The notes beneath the pieces were generated by a model, which had not been told where the DNA came from, made no database searches, and worked only from the letters and a program-made list of their open reading frames with translations. From assembly GCA_011049715.1 (NCBI GenBank), contig DRHF01000057.1, positions 797-64,796 on the forward strand: a stretch of 64,000 nt of DNA, read 5' to 3'. Origin of the DNA: Desulfobacterales bacterium. GTDB lineage: Bacteria; Desulfobacterota; Desulfobacteria; Desulfobacterales; UBA2156. The stretch's first letter is position 1, and the number at the start of each line of letters is the position of its first letter. Positions 18,358 to 26,026 of the stretch are shown piece by piece. The position numbers were made by a program, and so were the translations under genes.

Positions 18358-18407
18358 AAAAATGCAATAAGTTGCATGTATCAATTTGGTATATGCTATA
18401 ATTTCAT
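18358..18407 (+). promoter_or_regulatory. about 50-nt conserved upstream block, copy 2 (promoter-like)
   Basis: AAAATGCAATAAGTTGCATGTATC...GTATATGCTATAATTTCAT. TTGCAT (18372-18377) and TATAAT (18397-18402) have a 19-nt spacer. About 70 nt upstream of the PilZ gene ATG. Confidence 0.4.
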
Positions 18408-18474
18408 AAAGTTCGATAGCTTATATATTCTCAATATCTCAACAAATGCAAGGCATAAGATACGGAAAGGGTAT

Positions 18475-18720
18475 ATGACAACCAAAGATAAAAGACAGCA
18501 TGTCAGGCACGCTGCCCACATACCGGTGGATTTTAGTGTACAGGGTCGCTTTTATGATGGAGTGATCAAGAATATAAGCAAAGGCGGGGTTTTTATCAAA
18601 ACAAGTGGAAGGTTTTCAGTTGGACAGGATATTTCATTTTATTTTGGAAAAGAAAATATGGATGGCACGATTGTTTGGGTTCATCCGCAGGGTATTGGAG
18701 TGAAATTTGAAAAACCATAA
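18475..18720 (+). CDS. PilZ-domain (c-di-GMP-binding type) protein
   Basis: The track ORF starts at 18376. I chose ATG 18475 (MTTKDKRQHVRH...), preceded by GGAAAGGG. PilZ motifs RxxxR (RQHVR) and N-x-S-x-x-G (NISKGG). Confidence 0.75.
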   Translation: MTTKDKRQHVRHAAHIPVDFSVQGRFYDGVIKNISKGGVFIKTSGRFSVGQDISFYFGKENMDGTIVWVHPQGIGVKFEKP

Positions 18721-18753
18721 TATCACGTGTAGTGTTGCCACCTTTCATAAATT

Positions 18754-19026
18754 TTATTTGTTGTTTTCCGGCGTTTCAAATTTTACGCCGATAACTTGAG
18801 AGCCAACCCAGATAATCCGGCCGGCTCTGTTTTCCTGCCCAAAAAGATGGAACGAATATATCATCGAGATGTTCTGTCCAACCGAAAATGTCCCTTCGGT
18901 TTCGATTAAAAACCCGTCTTCGCTTATGTTTCTGATCCATCCTTGGTAAAGACGACCTTGGACGATAAAATCTACCGGTACGTCAACAGGGCGCCTGACA
19001 TATTCTCGTTTGTCTTTAGTCGTCAT
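18754..19026 (-). CDS. PilZ-domain protein, paralogue of 18475..18720
   Basis: 90 aa. MTTKDKREYVRRPVDVPVDFIVQGRLYQGWIRNISEDG, with motifs REYVR and NISEDG. Colinear with the convergent neighbour. Confidence 0.75.
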   Translation of the reverse strand: MTTKDKREYVRRPVDVPVDFIVQGRLYQGWIRNISEDGFLIETEGTFSVGQNISMIYSFHLFGQENRAGRIIWVGSQVIGVKFETPENNK

Positions 19027-19070
19027 GCTTCCCCGCGGTCGCGCCTTTTTTCGCTAAACGGTGGTTATAG

Positions 19071-20282
19071 TCACCACCCAAAGTCCAGATGGGGCAAACC
19101 ATAACGCAAGCTCGCCATGTAATACTTTTCAAAGGCGATCTTCATCCAGTGCGCCCTCTTCCCCTTTTTGTGAACCAACTTATTGCGAGGCGGAAACAGA
19201 GGGCTTGCCGAAAGGTAAAACCCGGTGTCACCGGCATCGGCAATGCAAATAACCGAAAAATCTTTTCCCCGCTTTTTCGGACCCCCATTAATGTCCGCTG
19301 CGATATTGTGAGCCGCAACACCGGCCATCTCCGCGGACATCTGCCCTGTTTTTGGTACACCGACCGGCACCCGCGTTTCGAAGGGAGGGGGAAAGGCCAG
19401 AGACACACCAACCGCGTATACGTTTTGGTATTTGGGATTGGCCAGGTAATCGTCTCCAGGAATAAAACCACGTGGATTGGAAAGCCCCTCTATGCCGATG
19501 TATGCATGGCTGCCAAAAAAGGCCGGCACAATGAGGCTGAAATCGTTCTTTAATTTTTCTCCATCTTCCAGTTCCACATTTTCAGGTGTCACCTGTGCCA
19601 GTTTGCAGTTCACTTTCCATTCAACATCCCTGTCGGCGAATTCATCCTCAAGCATCCTCGTCATCATACCGAACCCGTTCACTCCGAAATGACCGAGATA
19701 CGGCTCGTTTGTGAACAAAGAAAGCTTGAACCTGTTTCGCAGCAGTTTCCTGCGCAGGTATGCATCCACCATCATTGCCATTTCATATACGGGACCAAGA
19801 CAGGACGCACCCTGTGCATTACCGAATACCAGTGAGCCGGACCCCTTGTCTATTGCGCCCATTAAGGCGTCTCTGGCATTAAGGGCTTCTTCAACGGAAA
19901 AAATTGAATAACTGTAACCTTTTTTAGGGCCCAGACCGGGTATGGCTTCAAAATCGAGTTCTGATCCGGTGGCCGCTATTAGGTAGTGGTACTCGTATTC
20001 TCCTTTTTCACCAATAACCCGATTGTTTTCCGGATCGGCCCTGACAATGGTGTCCTGAACAAAGTCTATACCTTTGCGACGTAAACTTCCGGCTACCGGA
20101 AACTGGATCGCAGAGGGTTTGCGCCAACCCATCACAACCCAAGGTAAAGATGGGATAAACGTGAATTCATTATCCGATGAAACCACTGTGATTGAATGTT
20201 CCCGGGAAAGGTGCTTTCGTAAATTTAGTGCCGAATGATATCCACCAAAGGATGAACCCAGAACAAGTATTTTTTCCCCCAT
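19071..20282 (-). CDS. sulfide:quinone oxidoreductase-like FAD-dependent oxidoreductase
   Basis: 403 aa. Rossmann N-terminus KILVLGSSFGGYHSA, a pyridine-nucleotide-disulfide oxidoreductase fold, and Cys residues in GASCLGPVYE and VICIADAGDTG as in SQR-type enzymes. Confidence 0.7.
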   Translation of the reverse strand: MGEKILVLGSSFGGYHSALNLRKHLSREHSITVVSSDNEFTFIPSLPWVVMGWRKPSAIQFPVAGSLRRKGIDFVQDTIVRADPENNRVIGEKGEYEYHYLIAATGSELDFEAIPGLGPKKGYSYSIFSVEEALNARDALMGAIDKGSGSLVFGNAQGASCLGPVYEMAMMVDAYLRRKLLRNRFKLSLFTNEPYLGHFGVNGFGMMTRMLEDEFADRDVEWKVNCKLAQVTPENVELEDGEKLKNDFSLIVPAFFGSHAYIGIEGLSNPRGFIPGDDYLANPKYQNVYAVGVSLAFPPPFETRVPVGVPKTGQMSAEMAGVAAHNIAADINGGPKKRGKDFSVICIADAGDTGFYLSASPLFPPRNKLVHKKGKRAHWMKIAFEKYYMASLRYGLPHLDFGW

Positions 20283-20308
20283 TGCATCCTCCTAATAAAG
20301 GCAAGTAC

Positions 20309-20361
20309 TCAAGTTTCACACCCCCAATGGGGCACGGTGCCGTATCTGGTGTGGGGTAAGC
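20309..20361 (-). repeat. R2 structured repeat, copy C (in the 5' leader of the SQR-like gene)
   Basis: Plus strand: CTCAAGTTTCACACCCCCAATGGGGCACGGTGCCGTATCTGGTGTGGGGTAAG. Homologous to 61019-61080. Its GGTGTGAAACTTGAG box (minus strand) ends 25 nt before the ATG at 20282. Confidence 0.7.
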
Positions 20362-20720
20362 AGTAGATCCTTAAAAGTTATTTTTGTGTATTTTGTGGCA
20401 AGAAAATTATATGAGAATATTTTTCCAATCTACTCATAATTGAATATTTTCGATTGAATATTGAATATTTAAGGTCCGCCTGCGGCGGATCAATTATAAA
20501 AATAACGATCATAAAAATGACGGAGCAACACGCGGCGCCTGCGCTGCGCGAGCGACATCCACAAATATTCAATTATCAGTATTCATTTTGGTTCCCCGAT
20601 AAATCGGGATTTCCGCTTCGCTGCAACCGGCTTGTCCGGGTTAGAACCGGTATCCATAAAGTAATCACCGTGCACAGGCACTCGATGGTCTGGTTTCTTT
20701 TGTAATATCAGTTGCTTCTG

Positions 20721-20846
20721 AAATGATAACTCTTAAAAGGTTTTGTGCCGTCGGCAAAGCGCTCATCATTAATTTTTTTCAGAAAAATTTCTTTTTACCC
20801 TATGCCTGATGCGACTTTCCTTAAAATATCAGGTGCAAAACTTGAG
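20721..20846 (+). repeat. R1 intergenic repeat (about 125 nt), copy 1
   Basis: About 94% identical by hand alignment (6 substitutions, one 1-nt indel) to 24531-24655. Ends in GGTGCAAAACTTGAG. Confidence 0.9.
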
Positions 20847-21269
20847 GTAAGCACTTTACCGAACAGTCATTTCCCATCGCCGTTTTCTATAGAAACATCT
20901 TTTTGAGACCAGATGAAGTGATTGAAAACAATTAAAAACAGGTAGCATTTATGCTATTTACAGTCAACATAAGAGAAATTTTGTGTAATGGATACCAAAT
21001 TGAAGAACCTCGCAGCCCTGTATGTCGGGATCTTCGCCGCGAATCGACAAGCTTCGGGAAATGCGCTCGCTGTTTGAGTTCAAATTGACATAGGCCCCTC
21101 ATAATTGCTTTTGACCCTTGTAATAAAAAAATGTATATAAATCGATTAAAGACCCCGATCTATTTCTGAAATGGGTTCAACCTATGATTTGCGGGTTTAG
21201 ATCGGCTTTAATCACAGGCAAAGGTTTGGCCCTGGATGCGCCTATAGATGAGTTAAAGGGAGGCATAAT

Positions 21270-21878
21270 ATGGAATACGATTTTCTTGTTGACACCTATA
21301 ACACCGAACGGATTAAGACCCTTAGCGTTTGGAGTACGTTCAAGGATGACGATCTTTTAATTCGCCCTCAACCTTTGGACCAAAGAGATCGGAATCCACT
21401 TGAGCACATGGTACATCAGTGCCTTAGTGAAGAGAAATGGTTCCACAATATGTTCGGTATTGATGTGGGCACAGCGCCTTTGCCTGAGAAGGAAACACGC
21501 CTTGAATTTATTAAACAATATGCTGGAGATTCCGGAAAACGACTTACCATTTTGAAAGCAAAGGACAAAGTCTGGTGGGAACAAGAGGTTTCTTTTTTTG
21601 AAACCAAGCGAATCAGAAGTTGGATTATGGTGAGGAGGATAGCACATACAGCATATCACCGGGGGGAACAGACGGCGATTCTAAGAATATTGGGAAGAGA
21701 AATCCATAGTATTTATGGGCCGTCTGCTGATACAGGTGGTTTACCACAAAATAATGCATTAACCATATACGCATACCCGGACATAAAATCTCTTATTGAA
21801 GGCGAATCCAAAGGCGGTTTAAAAGCATCTTTACCCGGACCTGGAAACGCGCCTAGCACAGAGCGGCCGGATCTTTAA
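21270..21878 (+). CDS. DinB/YfiT-like metal-dependent hydrolase family protein
   Basis: 202 aa. SD AAGGGAGG. His-containing helices (EHMVHQ, HTAYHRGEQTAILR) are typical of the DinB_2 superfamily. Confidence 0.65.
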   Translation: MEYDFLVDTYNTERIKTLSVWSTFKDDDLLIRPQPLDQRDRNPLEHMVHQCLSEEKWFHNMFGIDVGTAPLPEKETRLEFIKQYAGDSGKRLTILKAKDKVWWEQEVSFFETKRIRSWIMVRRIAHTAYHRGEQTAILRILGREIHSIYGPSADTGGLPQNNALTIYAYPDIKSLIEGESKGGLKASLPGPGNAPSTERPDL

Positions 21879-21996
21879 GAGACGCATTCAGTTCACAGGC
21901 GTTTTCTCCACATTTTAACCTGGCCATCGAATAAAGCGGATAGGGTCCCATGGACCGTGATTTCGAATTGGCAGAATCGTAAGGAGATGTAACACC

Positions 21997-23271
21997 ATGT
22001 CAAAATTGGTTCCACCCCATGGCGGGAAAGGGTTGGCCATCTGCCTGCTGGAGGGCGATGAACTGGCTACAGAAAAGCAAAAAGCGGTGGGATTAAAAAA
22101 AATAACCATCTCACAACGGGTGAAAGGTGATTTGATAATGATCGGTATCGGTGGATTCAGTCCACTGACCGGTTTTATGACGAAAGCCGATTGGAAACGC
22201 GTCTGCGAGGAGTTCCTGCTGGCTGATGGCACCTTCTGGCCGGTGCCGGTCACTTTGGATGTAGCCGGGAAAGAGGCGGTTACCGTCAGTGAAGGGGATG
22301 AAATTGCCTTATTCGATCCGAAGAACGACGAGACCATGGCCACAATGAAAGTCACTGAAAAGTTCAAGCTTACCGAAACGGACAAAAAATGGGAATGTGA
22401 AAAGGTCTTCATGGGTGAAGGAACCCCCACTAAAGATGAGTTTTGGAAAGTCGCAACGGAGGATCACCCGGGTGTCCGGATGGTCATGGACCAGGAGGAA
22501 TTCTACTTTGCCGGACCCGTCAAGGTTCTTAGTGAAGGGGAATACCCAACCAAATACGCCGGTGTCTACCATCGCCCGGCGGAATCCAGACAAATCTTTG
22601 AGGATAATGGCTGGAGCGATGTCGCCGCCCTGCAACTTAGAAATCCCATGCACCGCTCCCACGAATACCTCTGCAAAATCGCTGTCGAAGTATGCGATGG
22701 TGTCTACATCCACTCTCTGGTCGGCAACCTGAAGCCGGGCGACATCCCGGCTGAGGTCAGGGTAAAGTGCATCGATACCTTGGTGAAAAACTACTTCGTT
22801 GCGGCCAATGTCGTACAGGGCGGCTATCCGCTTGACATGAGATATGCCGGACCCAGAGAAGGTTTGCTACATGCAACTTTCCGGCAAAACTACGGCTGTT
22901 CCAAAATGATTATCGGCCGGGACCATGCCGGGGTGGGTGATTTCTACGGGATGTTCGAGGCACAGACAATCTTCGACAAAATCCCTAAGCCCGAACAACC
23001 CGGGCGGGCTTTGCTTTGCACACCGTTAAAGATCGACTGGACCTTCTATTGCTCTAAATGTGATGGAATGGCATCCCTTAGAACCTGCCCTCATGAAAAA
23101 GAAGACAGGATACTACTCAGCGGGACCATGCTGCGCAAGCTGCTTTCTGAGGGCGGCAAGATTCCGGATCACTTCGGTCGGGATGAAGTTCTGGTCATTC
23201 TTCGAGAGTATTACAAGGGTTTGACTGAAAAGGTTGAAATCAAGACCCACCGGGCGGCTACCGGCACCTGA
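21997..23271 (+). CDS. sat: sulfate adenylyltransferase (ATP sulfurylase)
   Basis: 424 aa with motifs [11 protein letters not shown] and [17 protein letters not shown]. Confidence 0.95.
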   Translation: MSKLVPPHGGKGLAICLLEGDELATEKQKAVGLKKITISQRVKGDLIMIGIGGFSPLTGFMTKADWKRVCEEFLLADGTFWPVPVTLDVAGKEAVTVSEGDEIALFDPKNDETMATMKVTEKFKLTETDKKWECEKVFMGEGTPTKDEFWKVATEDHPGVRMVMDQEEFYFAGPVKVLSEGEYPTKYAGVYHRPAESRQIFEDNGWSDVAALQLRNPMHRSHEYLCKIAVEVCDGVYIHSLVGNLKPGDIPAEVRVKCIDTLVKNYFVAANVVQGGYPLDMRYAGPREGLLHATFRQNYGCSKMIIGRDHAGVGDFYGMFEAQTIFDKIPKPEQPGRALLCTPLKIDWTFYCSKCDGMASLRTCPHEKEDRILLSGTMLRKLLSEGGKIPDHFGRDEVLVILREYYKGLTEKVEIKTHRAATGT

Positions 23272-23368
23272 AACCCGGCAGGGTGCCAAATTTGTCAGCC
23301 TGTGCCGAATTTAAAGAAAAAGGGAGCCTGAAAACGGGTCTTTTTTTTAATCGGCAAAGCGTCAATCG

Positions 23369-24502
23369 TTACATTCTGCCCGTGTATTCGTTATAGGCAA
23401 GAGCGGTCGTACGGTATACCAGGTGTGCCAACATGGAAAACGGCGTGTAGGCAAATAGGCAAAAAACAAACATCAGATGGACAAAATAGATAAAATAGGA
23501 TAGTTCGCCCCATCCAGCCAGTCTTGTTATTTCCGTTAACATGCCCGAAAGACCCAAAGCCAGTGCTAGCCCCAGCAGGTACCAATCCTTATAAATAGAG
23601 AACTGGTCGGTTTTGACCAACCGATTTTTGATCATGAGGCTGCTGCCGACAATCAAGGCGACGCCACTGATATTGGCAAGCCATTTTACCGGGTTCAGCT
23701 GCGAATAGGGGCCGTGATTTTGAAAGCCATAAATGGCAAAAAAGAAAATACTGGTAACCATAAAAAGCCCGATAAATCCGAATAGAACCATCATGTGGGT
23801 CAGTTCACGGTCCTTGTTTTCAGAACAATCTGAAAACTTGGTATGTTTGAGAATAGTCGGAATCACACGGAAAAAAGCCAGGATAAATCCGGCGGGTTCG
23901 ATCTCTTTTTTCTCGGTTTTTCCCTCCATCAGTGCATTTTGATGGATATCCTTCAAAAAGCGTTTGAGACCCAATGCAAAAATGGCGACGGCCCAAAAAA
24001 CGGCCGGAATCATGACAAGATCGACCAGCCAGGTGGAAAAGAACTTGGCGTGTACAATTTCGTCTCCTTCCGGCGAAAAATTGAGCAAACCGGTCACGAG
24101 ACCCAGAACCAGGAATAAAATAGCGGGGATTGCCAACAAAATAGGCAAAAATTTCGGGTTATTTACTGCTTTTTCCAAGAATTTGGGGGCGGCGTATTCG
24201 GTAATGGCCAATGATCGGAGTGCCCCGAGAACATCCCCGGGTTTGGCACCGCGCGGGCAATTTGTGGTGCAATCGCCGCAATTGTGGCACAACCAGATAT
24301 CCGGGCTGCCAATCAATCTATCCTTCAGTCCCCATGATGCGGCAACCATTTCCTTTCTGGGAAAGGGTTTGTTGTCCGGAGAAATGGGACAGATGACCGA
24401 ACAGGTAGCGCATTGATAGCACTTTTTCAAATCTTCGCCGCCAAACGCGCCAATTTTTTTGATAAAATCTAAATCAGGTTCAATATGGTACCTCTGCGCC
24501 AT
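23369..24502 (-). CDS. qmoC: quinone-interacting membrane-bound oxidoreductase subunit C
   Basis: 377 aa. N-terminal HdrC-like motifs CYQCATCSVICP and CHNCGDCTTNCP, followed by a multi-TM haem-b (HdrE/NarI-like) domain. Last gene of the apr-qmo string. Confidence 0.9.
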   Translation of the reverse strand: MAQRYHIEPDLDFIKKIGAFGGEDLKKCYQCATCSVICPISPDNKPFPRKEMVAASWGLKDRLIGSPDIWLCHNCGDCTTNCPRGAKPGDVLGALRSLAITEYAAPKFLEKAVNNPKFLPILLAIPAILFLVLGLVTGLLNFSPEGDEIVHAKFFSTWLVDLVMIPAVFWAVAIFALGLKRFLKDIHQNALMEGKTEKKEIEPAGFILAFFRVIPTILKHTKFSDCSENKDRELTHMMVLFGFIGLFMVTSIFFFAIYGFQNHGPYSQLNPVKWLANISGVALIVGSSLMIKNRLVKTDQFSIYKDWYLLGLALALGLSGMLTEITRLAGWGELSYFIYFVHLMFVFCLFAYTPFSMLAHLVYRTTALAYNEYTGRM

Positions 24503-24530
24503 ATTTAGAGCTCCTATGACTACATTAAAA

Positions 24531-24655
24531 AATGATAACTCTTAAAAGGTTTTGTGCCGTTGTCAAAGCGCTCATCATCAATTTTTCCAGAAAAATTTCT
24601 TTTTACCCGATGCCTGATGCGACTTTCCTTAAAATATCAGGTGCGAAACTTGAGT
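24531..24655 (+). repeat. R1 intergenic repeat, copy 2 (between qmoB and qmoC, antisense to the operon)
   Basis: AAATGATAACTCTTAAAAGGTTTTGTGCCGTTGTCAAAGCGCTCATCATC...CCTTAAAATATCAGGTGCGAAACTTGAG. It accounts for most of the 201-nt qmoB-qmoC spacer. Confidence 0.9.
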
Positions 24656-24703
24656 AAAAACTCTGACTTAACCCAACGGTCCTCCATCGAAAATCTTCAA
24701 TTT

Positions 24704-26005
24704 CTAGAATCCTTTGAACGGGTTTGGACCCATTTCCTCTATACTGGCGACGAAATCATCAATGATCTGGGGAAGTTTATCATATTCATCGATCGTCACC
24801 TGGAATTGCATCACTCGCTCTTCTTCAAGGGCTAAGCTCGACAGAGCCTCACCGATCTTTTTCATCCTTACATCGGCGAGTTCGCTTCCTTTTACGAAGT
24901 GACACTGATAATCATCCCCGTGCTTGCACCCCAGAAGAAAAACCCCGTCCAGTCCCTGGGCGAGGGCATCTTTAATCCAAATCACGTTCACCGATCCAAG
25001 ACATCTAACCGCGATAATCCGGACATCCGCAGAATAGCTGAGCCGGTTCAGCCCCACAATATCAAGGGCCGGATAGGCGTCATTTTCGCAAACCAGGGCC
25101 AAAATCCTCAACGGTGGTTCATCATAATCGTCTTCGGATGGCACGCCGATGGCTTTGACCATCGACCCGATACTATCGATACTGTAATCGGAAAAGTTGA
25201 TAATCCGTTCGGGGCAGCACCCCAGGCAGGTGCCACAGCGTCGACAGCGGGTCGGATTTGACTTTGGTGTCGCCTTCTCATCATCATCGATCGCTCCGAA
25301 AGGACATTCTTCAGTACACCGTTTGCACTGGGTACATCTTTGGAAGAAAAAGTCAGGAAAGGTCATATCACCGGATCTCGGGTGAACGGAAACGCCGCGG
25401 TTGACCGACTCTGTGCACTGAATGGCTTTTAGCACCGCACCAGCGGCATCCTCAATTGATTCTTCCACAGTCATAGAGCGCCGAATGGCGCCGGCAGCAT
25501 AAATTCCGGTCCGCTGCGTTTCATAGGGGAAACAGATAAAATTCGAGTCGGCATATTCATCAAAAATCGCATTATCCCGGAACCCCGGACCCTGCCGGTA
25601 AGCCAGGTTGACCACCGGGTCATCTTTGGTGACCGGGACCATGCCGGTGGCCAGTACAGCCAAATCGGCTTTGACCTGAACTTTTTCACCCAGCAGGGTG
25701 TTGTCGGCTTCAACAATCAGGCCATCCTCACCTTTGGAGATGCCGGTCACCTCTCCTTTGGTCAGAAATATACCTTCGTCCTGCTGGATACCCGCATAAA
25801 AATATTCTGTGAGGCCGAGTGTGCGCATATGCTGATAGAAGACAAAGGCCTTGCCGTCAGGATAATCTTCCCTTACATACTTGGCCTGTTTGAGTGCCAC
25901 CAGGCTGGTTACTGCGCCGGTATACTGAAAGTCTTTATCATCCCCCTGACCCGGGCTTTGGATGAAGACCACTGATTTAGCTTCCTTTCCGTCAGACGGT
26001 CTCAC
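24704..26005 (-). CDS. qmoB: QmoB, C-terminal part (ferredoxin + MvhD-like domains), downstream of an in-frame TAA
   Basis: 433-aa ORF from GTG 26005, in the same frame as 26027..27040. CTQCKRCTEECP and CRRCGTCLGCCP ferredoxin motifs, and a C-terminal MvhD-like block LLGCKHGDDYQCHF. Confidence 0.85.
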   Translation of the reverse strand: MRPSDGKEAKSVVFIQSPGQGDDKDFQYTGAVTSLVALKQAKYVREDYPDGKAFVFYQHMRTLGLTEYFYAGIQQDEGIFLTKGEVTGISKGEDGLIVEADNTLLGEKVQVKADLAVLATGMVPVTKDDPVVNLAYRQGPGFRDNAIFDEYADSNFICFPYETQRTGIYAAGAIRRSMTVEESIEDAAGAVLKAIQCTESVNRGVSVHPRSGDMTFPDFFFQRCTQCKRCTEECPFGAIDDDEKATPKSNPTRCRRCGTCLGCCPERIINFSDYSIDSIGSMVKAIGVPSEDDYDEPPLRILALVCENDAYPALDIVGLNRLSYSADVRIIAVRCLGSVNVIWIKDALAQGLDGVFLLGCKHGDDYQCHFVKGSELADVRMKKIGEALSSLALEEERVMQFQVTIDEYDKLPQIIDDFVASIEEMGPNPFKGF

Positions 26006-26026
26006 GATTTTACCGCTATGGGCAAT

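Noticed and set aside
20309-20323. GAAACTT in the box resembles the -35 element of ECF sigma-factor promoters (GGAACTT / TGAAAC).
   Set aside because: No consistent -10 (CGT / TCTGA-type) occurs 16-17 nt downstream in any copy. At copy C the box ends only 25 nt before the ATG and upstream of the SD, too close to serve as a -35. I kept it only as a remote alternative.
20440-20600. A replication-origin-like region: AT-rich repeats plus ATCCACA resembling a DnaA box.
   Set aside because: There is only one 7/9 DnaA-box match and no dnaA, dnaN or gidA neighbourhood. The repeats are TGAATATT-type rather than DnaA boxes.
21880-21996. A Rex-type operator (TTGTGAA-N4-6-TTCACAA) upstream of sat.
   Set aside because: Only a single half-site-like GTTCACA (about 21891) is present, with no matching left half.
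24641-24655. The recurring ...GGTGCGAAAC ending looks like the 3' end of some CRISPR repeats (…GAAAC).
   Set aside because: The six copies are kilobases apart and in both orientations. There is no regular repeat-spacer periodicity and no cas genes in the window. The flanking homology is that of the R1/R2 dispersed repeats.
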